A stretch of 64,000 nt of DNA, taken from contig JBMNIH010000002.1 in assembly GCA_050950825.1 (NCBI GenBank), positions 416,001 to 480,000 of the forward strand, in the 5' to 3' direction. The notes under the pieces were generated by a model. It saw only the letters and a list, made by a program, of their open reading frames with translations. It searched no databases and had not been told where the DNA came from. The DNA is from Clostridia bacterium (GTDB lineage: Bacteria; Bacillota; Clostridia; JAAYHZ01). Below, in pieces: positions 1 through 9,548 of the stretch (its first letter is position 1; each line of letters starts with the position of its first letter). The position numbers were made by a program, and so were the translations under genes.

Positions 1-1
1 G

Positions 2-91
2 GAAATCGAGTTCATCCGAAGACTGGAGTTGGATGAAAGGGATTTGGAAAAAATAATGCATGAGAATGTAGAGAAACTATTGGGAATATAA
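2..91 (+). CDS. 3' end of a probable amidohydrolase-family protein (partial, runs off window)
   Basis: Frame reads EIEFIRRLELDERDLEKIMHENVEKLLGI*. The 'EKI.xENxxKLLG' tail is typical of amidohydro_2 proteins. Confidence 0.5.
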   Translation, partial: EIEFIRRLELDERDLEKIMHENVEKLLGI

Positions 92-112
92 AAAGGGCGG
101 TTAAGCCCTTTA
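91..112. terminator. Bidirectional intrinsic terminator
   Basis: AAAAGGGC-GGTTAA-GCCCTTTT hairpin between convergent stop codons. Confidence 0.7.
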
Positions 113-1150
113 TTCACGCATTTCCGTTTTTCGCAGCTGGCCGCAAGCGGCTTGAATATCGCTTCCTAATTCCCTCCTTACGGAAACGGGAATCTTTGCG
201 TTCGTAATGATGTTTTGAAAGGTCTTCACGGTTTCCGGGTTCGGCTTTGAATAAGCCGTTTGGCGAATGCTGTTTACGGGAATTAAGTTTACATGACACA
301 AAAGGCCCTTTAAAAGCCGGACCAATTCGTACGCTTGCTTTTTATCCGAATTGACGCCTTCGATCAAAGCGTATTCGAAGGTCACTCTTCTTCCGGTTTT
401 GTTCACGTAATACCGGCAAGCCTTTATAATCTCGTCAACGGTCCACCGGTTTGCGACGGGCATGACGGTTTTTCGAATATCGTCATTGGGGGCATGAAGG
501 GATACGGACAAATTCACCGGCATGTTTTCTTCCGCGAATTGACGTATTTTAGGCACAATCCCGCAAGTGGACACGGTGATTTTTCGATATCCGACGTTAA
601 ATCCTTCCGGGTCGTGAACGGTCTTTAGAAACAAAATCAAATTGTCATAATTGTCAAACGGCTCTCCGATCCCCATAACGACAATATTGCCGATTCGATC
701 CCCGGCCGTTTTCTGCATGAGGTATACTTGGCGCAGCATTTCATAAGCCGTCAAATCCCTCGAGAAGCGTACGTCGGAGGAAGCGCAGAATTTACATCCC
801 ATTTTGCAGCCCGCTTGGGATGAGATGCATACGCTGTACCCGTGGAGATATTTCATCAAAACTCCTTCGATACAATTGCCGTCGTGAAGCCGAAAAAGAA
901 ACTTTACGGTATCGTCTATGGATGAACGGTATTCTTTTTCTACGGTTACGGTTCCGAATTTAAAGTCTTGCTTCAATTGCTCCCTTAACGAGGCCGGCAG
1001 AGATGTCATATCGTCGATGGCGGGAACTCCTTGAATGAGATACCGTTTCAACTGGTTAAATCGAAACTTTTGCCCGGTCTTTTCCGTTACATAATCCAAA
1101 AGAGCTTCATCGGGCATCTCTTCCAAATAGAGGTTCATTTCTTTTTTCAT
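110..1150 (-). CDS. rlmN: 23S rRNA/tRNA m2A methyltransferase RlmN (radical SAM)
   Basis: CxxxCxxC (CKMGCKFC), MGIGEP, SLHAP and AACGQL motifs; follows rsmB. Confidence 0.95.
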   Translation of the reverse strand: MKKEMNLYLEEMPDEALLDYVTEKTGQKFRFNQLKRYLIQGVPAIDDMTSLPASLREQLKQDFKFGTVTVEKEYRSSIDDTVKFLFRLHDGNCIEGVLMKYLHGYSVCISSQAGCKMGCKFCASSDVRFSRDLTAYEMLRQVYLMQKTAGDRIGNIVVMGIGEPFDNYDNLILFLKTVHDPEGFNVGYRKITVSTCGIVPKIRQFAEENMPVNLSVSLHAPNDDIRKTVMPVANRWTVDEIIKACRYYVNKTGRRVTFEYALIEGVNSDKKQAYELVRLLKGLLCHVNLIPVNSIRQTAYSKPNPETVKTFQNIITNAKIPVSVRRELGSDIQAACGQLRKTEMRE

Positions 1151-1176
1151 GGGTTTTTCTCCTTCTAATAATATAT

Positions 1177-2511
1177 TTACACCCGCCTTATCAATTTCGC
1201 GGCAAAAAACCCGTCGGTTCCGTGTACGTGAGGATACGTATTGACAAAGCTTCCGGTAGCATATCTTGTTATCTTTCCCGGTTCGTAACGAATTTCTCCA
1301 AGCTCAAAATTCGGATGCTCCTTTAAAAACTCTTTGATCCTGTCCTCGTTTTCTTCCGGAAGGACGGTACATGTACTGTACACCAAAGCTCCGCCCGGTT
1401 TTACGTACATACAGCATGTATCCAAAATGTCTTTTTGCAGTCGTAAAAGCTCGGGCTCGTCTTCGTAATTCCACTTAATGTCCGGCTTTCTTCGGATAAT
1501 TCCGAGTCCCGTGCAAGGAACATCCAACAAAACACCGTCTGCGGATTCTTTTAGGTCTTCTATGAGTACCCGAGCGTCATGAACCGTACATTCGATGTTT
1601 TTCCTGCCGGCTTTTCGGAAGGTCTCCTCCATTAAGTCCACCTTGTGCTTATGAATATCCATGGCCAATATCCTTCCGGTATCCTGCATCATTTCGGATA
1701 GGGCCATCGTTTTTCCTCCCGGAGCGGCACAACAGTCGAAAACCACGGACCCCGGCTTCGGGTCCAACGCTTTTACCGGCAAAGAAGCGCTTTCGTCCAT
1801 CACAACGAAAGCTCCCCTGTTGAATTCGGGGGTATCAAACAACCCCGAAGCGCTTTTTAATTTTAAAACCGCTTCTTCCGCAGCCGATTTTTCCGCCTCA
1901 AACCCTTGTTTAATGAGCGATTGCAATAACGTATCCGGATCGGTTACAAGGGTGTTGACCCGAATATAGAGATCCGGCCTTTCCAAGCAAGCGGCGCAGA
2001 ATTGTTCCGTTTCTTCCAAACCGAAGACCGGAATAAGCTTTCGGATGATTTTCTCCGACATGGAATATTTCAAGGACAGGTATTCAACGGGCTCTTTTGC
2101 CTTATCGGGCAAAACCAAGGGCTGCTCGGAACGGGCGATGCTTCTCATCACCCCGTTTACAAACCCTGCAACCTTCGGATGAGAAAGCCTTTTGGCCAAA
2201 TCCACCGTTTCGTTGCATGCGGAATAAGCCGGTATAAATTTGCTGAATACCAGCTGGAAGACCCCTAATCGCAGTACGTTTCGTATTTTTTTATCGATGG
2301 AATTTACGGAACGCTTTGAAAAACGCTCGATAATCCGGTCCAATGTAAGCTTGTAGGATACGGTTCCGTAAACCAGCATGGAAACAAAACGCCTTTCGGC
2401 GGCATCGGCTTTTCGGTTTCTTAGTACCTTATTCAAAGCGATGTTCACGTAGGCGTTATTCTCCAATACATCGTATATAATTTCGTATGCCGTTTGTCTC
2501 GGTGAATCCAA
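1177..2511 (-). CDS. rsmB: 16S rRNA m5C967 methyltransferase RsmB/Sun
   Basis: NusB-like N-terminus, DCCAAPGGKT, DVPCTGLG, YSTCT motifs. Confidence 0.95.
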   Translation of the reverse strand: MDSPRQTAYEIIYDVLENNAYVNIALNKVLRNRKADAAERRFVSMLVYGTVSYKLTLDRIIERFSKRSVNSIDKKIRNVLRLGVFQLVFSKFIPAYSACNETVDLAKRLSHPKVAGFVNGVMRSIARSEQPLVLPDKAKEPVEYLSLKYSMSEKIIRKLIPVFGLEETEQFCAACLERPDLYIRVNTLVTDPDTLLQSLIKQGFEAEKSAAEEAVLKLKSASGLFDTPEFNRGAFVVMDESASLPVKALDPKPGSVVFDCCAAPGGKTMALSEMMQDTGRILAMDIHKHKVDLMEETFRKAGRKNIECTVHDARVLIEDLKESADGVLLDVPCTGLGIIRRKPDIKWNYEDEPELLRLQKDILDTCCMYVKPGGALVYSTCTVLPEENEDRIKEFLKEHPNFELGEIRYEPGKITRYATGSFVNTYPHVHGTDGFFAAKLIRRV

Positions 2512-3189
2512 TTATTTTCTTCTCCTTAATAAAAGCAGTCTCATCAAGCTTGCAATGGCCGTCAGCGCGGAAGCGACATAGGTCATGGCAGCTGCGGTAA
2601 GTACTTTTTTAGCGCCTTTTAGCTCCTCCTCGGTTAATATGCCGTATTCATCCAAGCCTGCCAAAGCCCTCTTGGAGGCGTTCAATTCCACCGGCAGCGT
2701 GATCAGATAGAAAACCACCGCAGCCGAGAACAAAACGATTCCGATATTAAACAGAACCGGCATATTCATAAACAAACCGATGATGGCAAGCCACGGACCT
2801 GCGAAGGACCCGATATTGGCAATAGGATATACCGTTGATCTTAGTACCAAAGGCCCGTATCCCACGGCATGCTGTATAGCATGTCCGGTTTCATGGGCGG
2901 CAACCCCTACGGCCGCAACGGTGGATCGACCGTATACCGGTTCGGATAGGGCAATGACCTTTTTTGACGGATCGAAATGATCCGTAAGCGATCCTTGGGT
3001 AGCGGTTATTTCAACGTCGTAAATCCCGTTTTGTCTCAGAAGCCGGCTTGCCACATCATACCCTGTAAACCTTCCCGAGGTTTGCACCTTTGAATATTTC
3101 GAAAAAGTAGCCTGTACTTTGGCTTGCGCCCACAAGGCGATCAAAAACGCCGGCAGAACCAGCATTAAATAATACTCGTCATAAAACAC
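2512..3189 (-). CDS. Membrane zinc metallopeptidase (YugP/Zn_peptidase_2 family)
   Basis: AAHETGHAIQH, TLPVELNAS, AAAMTYVA; usual position between fmt and rsmB in Clostridia. Confidence 0.9.
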   Translation of the reverse strand: MFYDEYYLMLVLPAFLIALWAQAKVQATFSKYSKVQTSGRFTGYDVASRLLRQNGIYDVEITATQGSLTDHFDPSKKVIALSEPVYGRSTVAAVGVAAHETGHAIQHAVGYGPLVLRSTVYPIANIGSFAGPWLAIIGLFMNMPVLFNIGIVLFSAAVVFYLITLPVELNASKRALAGLDEYGILTEEELKGAKKVLTAAAMTYVASALTAIASLMRLLLLRRRK

Positions 3190-4147
3190 AGGATACTCCC
3201 CCTTTACTATTATTTCCGTAAGGCTTTAATACAATACCCTTTTCGAGATTATGCCCGCATACCCCGATAGGCATGCAACGGCAGTTTTCAAACTGTATTT
3301 CATAAATCATAACGGTTCCGGGATTCGCCGCGATTTCAATGTAATCTTTGGTAATCTCCAGAAGGGTCCCGGGCTCCGCATCGGTTATACGGTCGGTGTA
3401 ATAGGATTGGATCAGTTTCATTCTTTTGCCTTCGTAGAAGGTATAGGCTCCGGGCCACGGCGTAACGCCGCGAATCCGATTATGAATGTCGATAGCCGGT
3501 TTGTTCCAATCGATACGTCCGGTTTCCTTATCCACCATGGGTGCGTAAGTGGCTTTTGAATGATCCTGAGGAATTCTTTTTAAAGTACCCTCGTTAAGCT
3601 TTTCCAGCGTTTCCTTTAAGACCTTCGCTCCTAACTCCGCCAAAATGTCATGCAATTCTCCTACGTTCATACGATCGTGAACGGGAATCTCTTCCGAAAG
3701 CAAAATATCGCCGGTATCCATTCCCCGATCCGTCATCATTGTCGTGATGCCGGTGACGGTAAATCCGTTGATCAACGCATGGTGGATGGGTGCAGCGCCT
3801 CTTAACAAAGGAAGCAAGGAAGCATGGACGTTGACGGTACCGTAAACGGGAATGTCCAAAACCTGTTGAGGTAAAATCTTACCGTACGCAACGGTAATCA
3901 TCACGTCCGGTTTCAACGTCTTTAATTGCTCCAAAAATTCTTGAGTTTTGACGCTATCCGGCTGCAGCACATTCAAATTGTTTTTTAAGGCTACTTCTTT
4001 TACCGGCGGGCAGCACAGTCTTTCTCCTCTGCCCTTCGGCTTATCGGTTTGCGTAATGACACCGACTATGTTGTAGCCTTCTTTTATTAACATTTCCAAA
4101 GAGGGAACGGCAAATTCCGGTGTCCCCATAAAAACAATCCTCATCAA
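3179..4147 (-). CDS. fmt: Methionyl-tRNA formyltransferase
   Basis: VFMGTPEFAV and NVHASLLPLLRGAAPI motifs. Confidence 0.96.
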   Translation of the reverse strand: MMRIVFMGTPEFAVPSLEMLIKEGYNIVGVITQTDKPKGRGERLCCPPVKEVALKNNLNVLQPDSVKTQEFLEQLKTLKPDVMITVAYGKILPQQVLDIPVYGTVNVHASLLPLLRGAAPIHHALINGFTVTGITTMMTDRGMDTGDILLSEEIPVHDRMNVGELHDILAELGAKVLKETLEKLNEGTLKRIPQDHSKATYAPMVDKETGRIDWNKPAIDIHNRIRGVTPWPGAYTFYEGKRMKLIQSYYTDRITDAEPGTLLEITKDYIEIAANPGTVMIYEIQFENCRCMPIGVCGHNLEKGIVLKPYGNNSKGGVSCVL

Positions 4148-4159
4148 CTCTATCCCGCC

Positions 4160-4636
4160 TTATTCCATTGGTATTTCTTGATCTTCTTCGTCGTACAGCT
4201 TGACGGCTCTGTCCTTAAACAAAATTCCGTCCAAATGGTCCAGCTCGTGACAAATACAAACCGCAAACAATTCCTCGGCTTCGTATACATGCTCGTTGCC
4301 TTCGCGATCCATAGCTTTAACCGTCAGCTTTGCCGGTCGGATTACGTCTCCCGTCATACCGGGTACGCTTAAACAGCCTTCTTTACAGGTTTGTTCTCCG
4401 GACGCTTCCACAATAACCGGGTTCACCATTTCTACGGGGCCGTCTCCAACGTCGATAACCACGATTCTTCTTAAGATACCGATTTGGGGTGCGGCAAGGC
4501 CGATCCCTCCGGCATCGTACATGGTATCAAACATGTCATCTATTAAAACCGCCAGTTTTTTATCGTACTTATCTACGGATTTTGCTTTTTTAGTCAGCAC
4601 ATCATCTCCGATTTTTACAATCTTTCTTATTGCCAT
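4160..4636 (-). CDS. def: Peptide deformylase
   Basis: GIGLAAPQIG, EGCLSVP, HELDHLDG motifs. Confidence 0.96.
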   Translation of the reverse strand: MAIRKIVKIGDDVLTKKAKSVDKYDKKLAVLIDDMFDTMYDAGGIGLAAPQIGILRRIVVIDVGDGPVEMVNPVIVEASGEQTCKEGCLSVPGMTGDVIRPAKLTVKAMDREGNEHVYEAEELFAVCICHELDHLDGILFKDRAVKLYDEEDQEIPME

Positions 4637-4789
4637 GTTTTTTCTCCATTCTTCTAAGGATTTATATTTTATATATATTTGTTAACGATACGATATACTC
4701 ATCGCTCATAGTTCAGCTACAATATAATATACCATAAAGTTATAAAAGATACAAAAACGGTCCTCTCTCTTTTTTAATTTTCTTGTATA

Positions 4790-4825
4790 AAAAACGGACC
4801 GGCGCTTTTTACCCCGGTCCGCTTT
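4790..4825 (-). terminator. Intrinsic terminator of the ABC module
   Basis: CGGACCGG...CCGGTCCG stem with an A-run on + (U-tail on -), downstream of the permease stop. Confidence 0.7.
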
Positions 4826-4846
4826 GAATCTTTATTGTAAATACCT

Positions 4847-6217
4847 TTATTCCGTTCGGATCGCCGATAAAGCGCTTAGCTTCATGGCACGTCTTGCCGG
4901 AGAATATCCGGATATCAAGCCTACGAAGGTGGAGAACACAACTGTCGCCAACAAAAGCCAAGGAGGTATAATGGATATTTTTTCAACCTGCACGCCGTAT
5001 CCCATTCGGCCCATTAAGGCGGGCGCAAGGAATTTATTCAAAAGATACGATGCGCCGATGCTTAATCCTCCTCCGACGACACCCCCGATAAATCCGATCA
5101 AGCCGGATTCGATCAGGAACATTTGGCGGATGTTTTTCAGCAAGCATCCTAACACCTTCATAATACCGATCTCTCTTGTTCTTTCGTAGATGGCCATGAT
5201 CATGGTATTGGTGATACCCAAAGCCGCAACCAAAAGGGAAATGGCGCCGATGCCTCCTAACACCGCTTGGATTATACGGGATGTTTTCTGAATCTCCTGC
5301 ATCTGGTCCATAAGGGAGTACGTCTGGAAACCCATCTCCTTGATGGCATTTTGCACATCCACCACCTTGTTCATGTCTTTAACGCGAACCTTGATCTGAC
5401 TGTACGTCGTATCCGCCGAGGTGGGTCTTCTTCTTCCCCCGCCTTGCAGCCTTTCATTTTCTTTAATCAGCTTTTTTACGTAATCCAGGTTGGCAATGGC
5501 ATACCAAGAATAGTTCTGAGACCCTTCCCAAGACAAAAGTCCGACTCCTTCCACGTTATAGCGCTTCGGCCTTCTTCCGCCTTCAATAGGTGTTTGGTGA
5601 GGTTCCCCGTAATTCATGTCAAAGGTCAAGATCAAACGATCCTCCAGCACGTTGACATTAGGCTCTTGGTTCGCCGACCAGCCCCAATAGCCTCCTCTTC
5701 TGTCACGAGGGTTGTAGAAGTTCATGGGGACGTCGGAGCCGAAAACAATGGCGTTGGTGTCGTTTACGGTTAAAAGTCGTCCTTGATCCACTTCGAAATC
5801 GAAATATTCCATGGCCTCCGGATTAACGCCCATAAGCTGAACCCATGCAATATAGCGGCCGGAGCCCATCTTGACGGATGTGGTAAGCATCTTCAATACG
5901 GATTGAACTCCGTCGATGTTTGCGATTTTTTCGCAGGTGGCATCGTCCAGCTTCGGCTGTTCGGAATCGCTTCCTCCGACTTTCACAACATCCATGGCGT
6001 AGTAACCTCCGCCATTGTAATTGTAAACTTGGATGACGTTTAAGCTACCCATCCGTTCCAAGCTCTTTTGGAAGCTGATATTGATACCGAAACCTAAGGA
6101 CAGCATCAGCGTAATGGACATGGTACCGATGAGGACGCCTAATACGGTCAGAATGGTTCGGACCTTTCTCCGCCATAAGTTGCTTAAGGACATAAGGATA
6201 AGGTCTAAACTATTCAT
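4847..6217 (-). CDS. MacB/FtsX-type ABC transporter permease
   Basis: RTILTVLGVLIG, ERTREIGIMKVLG, PARRAMKLS motifs; large extracytoplasmic loop. Confidence 0.9.
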   Translation of the reverse strand: MNSLDLILMSLSNLWRRKVRTILTVLGVLIGTMSITLMLSLGFGINISFQKSLERMGSLNVIQVYNYNGGGYYAMDVVKVGGSDSEQPKLDDATCEKIANIDGVQSVLKMLTTSVKMGSGRYIAWVQLMGVNPEAMEYFDFEVDQGRLLTVNDTNAIVFGSDVPMNFYNPRDRRGGYWGWSANQEPNVNVLEDRLILTFDMNYGEPHQTPIEGGRRPKRYNVEGVGLLSWEGSQNYSWYAIANLDYVKKLIKENERLQGGGRRRPTSADTTYSQIKVRVKDMNKVVDVQNAIKEMGFQTYSLMDQMQEIQKTSRIIQAVLGGIGAISLLVAALGITNTMIMAIYERTREIGIMKVLGCLLKNIRQMFLIESGLIGFIGGVVGGGLSIGASYLLNKFLAPALMGRMGYGVQVEKISIIPPWLLLATVVFSTFVGLISGYSPARRAMKLSALSAIRTE

Positions 6218-8669
6218 CCTCGTTCATCCCTTTCTTTTTCTTAATCTTACGTTTCCGAATTACGATAATCAAAACAACGATAACGGCAACACCGACTACG
6301 GAAAGCCCGATAATTAAAATCAGGTTAACCTTAGAGGGAGCTTGTTCCATACCGGGTTCAAAGGGCATTTCACCGTACACGTCTTCGTAGTAGTACCCCG
6401 GTCTATCAAAGGATTGGGCTTCCAAAACGGTAAAGGTGTATTCTTTGACGATTTCCGATTGGTTACCCATTTCGTCTTCAAAGCTTAAGGTCAACTTCGC
6501 TTTGCATTCTCCCAATTGGGTGGGTATAATCGACGCTTCGAAATAGTCGCTGGCTCCTTGGTTGAAGCTGCCGGCGAAATAAGATAAGCCTTCACCGCTA
6601 AAATCCCCTTCCAAAGTAACCAACAGATTATTCACCGCGCTTCTTCCCATGTTGTAAAAATCGGTGTACACCCAAATGGGCGTTCCCAAATATACTTGGT
6701 AAGGCAGATTCAAATCGTTGACTTGGATTCGAGGCAGCTGGTATATGGGAATGCTTATTATTTCTTCCGCTTCGTATTGTCTTCCGGTTTCCGGATCCTG
6801 TACTCCTTCTTCGTCTTCATACTGCAATGTCGCTTTCATCTGGTAGGACTTGGTTGTCAGGTCCGGTTTGGCGTAAAGCTTGATTTCTCTTGCTACCGAC
6901 TGTTCCGGACCGATGGATTCGATATAGAAGGTGTTGCTGCTGGCTACCGGCGTAAAGGACCCGTCTACGGATACAAGGGTGACTTTAATGTTTTTCGTCG
7001 CCAATTCCTTACTGGTGTTCAAGAAATGCAGCTTCAGTACAAATTCCGTTCCCGCATTGACGTTCTCCGTGTCGAACTCGTAATTGTCGATGATAATCTT
7101 CGGAACGGTTTTCACCTTGCTTCTTTCGTTCACAACATTGACCCCTACATAACGTACGATGCTTTCTTTAACGACGTTTCCTCCCTTATCCGTATCGTAT
7201 TCCACCGTTACCGGGATGGCATAGTTCTTCGAGGATGCGCTGTTTTGCGGAGAGAGCTTGAAGGAAAAGTCTTGGGATTGACCCGGACTTAAAGAATCCA
7301 CGGTTATGATGCTCAAGGATTTCGGAATGAGGACTCCGTCCGGGCTCACGGATACTTTTATGTTTTTTGCCACGGAGGATCCTGCATTTTTCAATTTTAC
7401 ATATACGGTAAACTCGTCGCCTACTTCGATATTTTCCGTAGGAGCGCTTAGGCTTTCTATAACGATTTCACCGCTGCCCGAAGAAGCCGGTGCGGCGGCA
7501 AAGGGCGGAATCACCGTATGGGTCTTGGAGTGGGAGCTGTCCTTTTCGTCTTTGTAGTCGGTTCTCACCTTCATGCTGATGATTCCCGATGAACCGTCTC
7601 TTACTTTTAAAAGAACAAACTCTACGACGGCGCTTTCGTTTCCCTTCAACAGTCCGATATTGACTTGGTTGGCGGCGTTTTTGACTACAAACCCGTCGTC
7701 TTCATAGTCGTCCAAATAAAGAACCGTATCCTTCGCATCGGAAGAGCCCGTATTGGTAACGGTGAAGCGAATCTTCACTTCTTGACCGACGGCAGGGCGG
7801 TCTTTATCGACGGATATATTGCTAATTTCCGTATCCGGTTTCGTATAGGTATTGGTAACACGAATATTCACCGTCTCCGATACTTGGAATGATTTTTGGT
7901 AAATATTACTGAATTCATAGCGGAGAGTGACGGGATAAATCCCCGGTTCTACCATCTTGGAAACATAACCCGTAAAACGAACGGTTTCGGTTTTCCTCGG
8001 AGCAATGGTAGAGAACTTTTTCACTGTTTTCAAATCGCTGAATGTAATATATTCCGAAAGCTTTCCGAGATCAATGGTAATTTTTACATCCATTGCGGTG
8101 TACAAGCTGATGTTGGACACCGGGAATATCAATTCGGCGTTCTTTCCCCCTTGAATGACAGGCATCGTAAAATTATCGGATATTTCCAAAACCGGATCTA
8201 GCGACAAAGAGTATTGATCCCCCGGTACGGAAGGAGTGGAGCTATCGACGTTGATATAAACGGTTTTGACGGCTTGTTGGCCTTCTTCTCCGTCCTTCGT
8301 ATATTCGAATATTAAGACCACTTTGTTTCCGGTTCCTTTGTGCATCATGTTGGCTAACATGAAGTTTCCGGCATTATCCACCACCGGAATGTCATATACG
8401 GTGGGAACACCGTCCGCTATGTAAAAAGCGGAGTTTTCTTGGTCCAGCGTTACGCGGACATCTTTGATTTCTTTACCGCTTCGGTTTTCAAACATGACCA
8501 GTAAATTGAATTTTTCATTTCTCGGTACTTTTTGCAATTCCGTTGCCCCGGACATGGGCTTATGCATCGTTATGGTAATATCCGCATCCGATGCATATGC
8601 GATATCGGAGTCAAGTACTCCGGAAATCAGAAAAATTGCCACTAATAGAACACTGATAAATTTTCTCAC
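6210..8669 (-). CDS. Secreted, C-terminally anchored multi-Ig-like (CARDB/COG1361-type) protein
   Basis: Signal peptide, repeated 'VxNxGxxxAxxV...L.PG' beta-sandwich units, C-terminal TM plus basic tail; lies between ABC ATPase and permease. Confidence 0.75.
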   Translation of the reverse strand: MRKFISVLLVAIFLISGVLDSDIAYASDADITITMHKPMSGATELQKVPRNEKFNLLVMFENRSGKEIKDVRVTLDQENSAFYIADGVPTVYDIPVVDNAGNFMLANMMHKGTGNKVVLIFEYTKDGEEGQQAVKTVYINVDSSTPSVPGDQYSLSLDPVLEISDNFTMPVIQGGKNAELIFPVSNISLYTAMDVKITIDLGKLSEYITFSDLKTVKKFSTIAPRKTETVRFTGYVSKMVEPGIYPVTLRYEFSNIYQKSFQVSETVNIRVTNTYTKPDTEISNISVDKDRPAVGQEVKIRFTVTNTGSSDAKDTVLYLDDYEDDGFVVKNAANQVNIGLLKGNESAVVEFVLLKVRDGSSGIISMKVRTDYKDEKDSSHSKTHTVIPPFAAAPASSGSGEIVIESLSAPTENIEVGDEFTVYVKLKNAGSSVAKNIKVSVSPDGVLIPKSLSIITVDSLSPGQSQDFSFKLSPQNSASSKNYAIPVTVEYDTDKGGNVVKESIVRYVGVNVVNERSKVKTVPKIIIDNYEFDTENVNAGTEFVLKLHFLNTSKELATKNIKVTLVSVDGSFTPVASSNTFYIESIGPEQSVAREIKLYAKPDLTTKSYQMKATLQYEDEEGVQDPETGRQYEAEEIISIPIYQLPRIQVNDLNLPYQVYLGTPIWVYTDFYNMGRSAVNNLLVTLEGDFSGEGLSYFAGSFNQGASDYFEASIIPTQLGECKAKLTLSFEDEMGNQSEIVKEYTFTVLEAQSFDRPGYYYEDVYGEMPFEPGMEQAPSKVNLILIIGLSVVGVAVIVVLIIVIRKRKIKKKKGMNEDE

Positions 8670-8684
8670 TTTAATACCCCCAAA

Positions 8685-9413
8685 TCAAATGCATTCTTCA
8701 ATTTTTTCTATGTCACCATCAAGCATGTGAAAAATTCGATGGGCATATTTCGCAACGTTCATATCGTGAGTAACAATGATTAAGGTTTGGTTGTGTTTCG
8801 CAGCCATGTCCACAATCATGTTCATGATTTCGGTGGAAGTTCTCGAGTCAAGATTCCCGGTCGGTTCATCGGCAAAAATGATCTCCGGTCTTGCCACGAA
8901 AGCTCGGGCGATCCCCACTCGTTGCTGCTGACCGCCGCTCATCTCCGAAGGCTTGTGAAGCATTCGGTCCTCCAGCCCTACCGCAATTAACATCTCTTTG
9001 GCCATTTGCGTTCTTTTTCTTCGGCTTACGCCTCGGAATATCAAGGGCATGGCTACGTTTTCTAATGCCGTGGAAAAAGGCATCAAGTTGTAGGACTGAA
9101 AGATAAAACCGATATGGTTTTGTCGGAATATGGCAAGCTTTTTTTCCGACAGCTTATCGATATCCCATCCTGCAATCCGAATGGTTCCCTTTGTAGGCCT
9201 TTCCAATCCGGCCATCATGTTCAGTAATGTGGACTTTCCGGATCCGGAAGTACCTAAAAAACAACAGATTTCGCCTCTTTTGATGGTGATATTGATGTTG
9301 TTCAGCGCCACAACGGATTCGCTTCCTACTTTGTAAACCTTTCGCAGGTCTTTAATCTCGATGATGTTTTCCGTTTCCGTGTATGTATTTTTCGCAACTG
9401 CAGCTTCCTGCAA
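8685..9413 (-). CDS. ABC transporter ATP-binding protein (LolD/MacB type)
   Basis: Walker A GTSGSGKS, signature MSGGQQQR, FADEPTGNLD, VTHD. Confidence 0.93.
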   Translation of the reverse strand: MQEAAVAKNTYTETENIIEIKDLRKVYKVGSESVVALNNINITIKRGEICCFLGTSGSGKSTLLNMMAGLERPTKGTIRIAGWDIDKLSEKKLAIFRQNHIGFIFQSYNLMPFSTALENVAMPLIFRGVSRRKRTQMAKEMLIAVGLEDRMLHKPSEMSGGQQQRVGIARAFVARPEIIFADEPTGNLDSRTSTEIMNMIVDMAAKHNQTLIIVTHDMNVAKYAHRIFHMLDGDIEKIEECI

Positions 9414-9548
9414 CGGTCATCACTCTCCTTATGCCTTCTATTTCTACTAAAAAACAACTTCCTCTTTTGAATGACAACTTTTAGACGATTTGTCATGCTA
9501 AAATGTTCCATTGTTTTTAGTTTTTTTGAAAAAAATTCATGTGAAATC

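Noticed and set aside
110-1150. Cfr-type resistance methyltransferase
   Set aside because: Position after fmt-rsmB and the motifs fit housekeeping RlmN.
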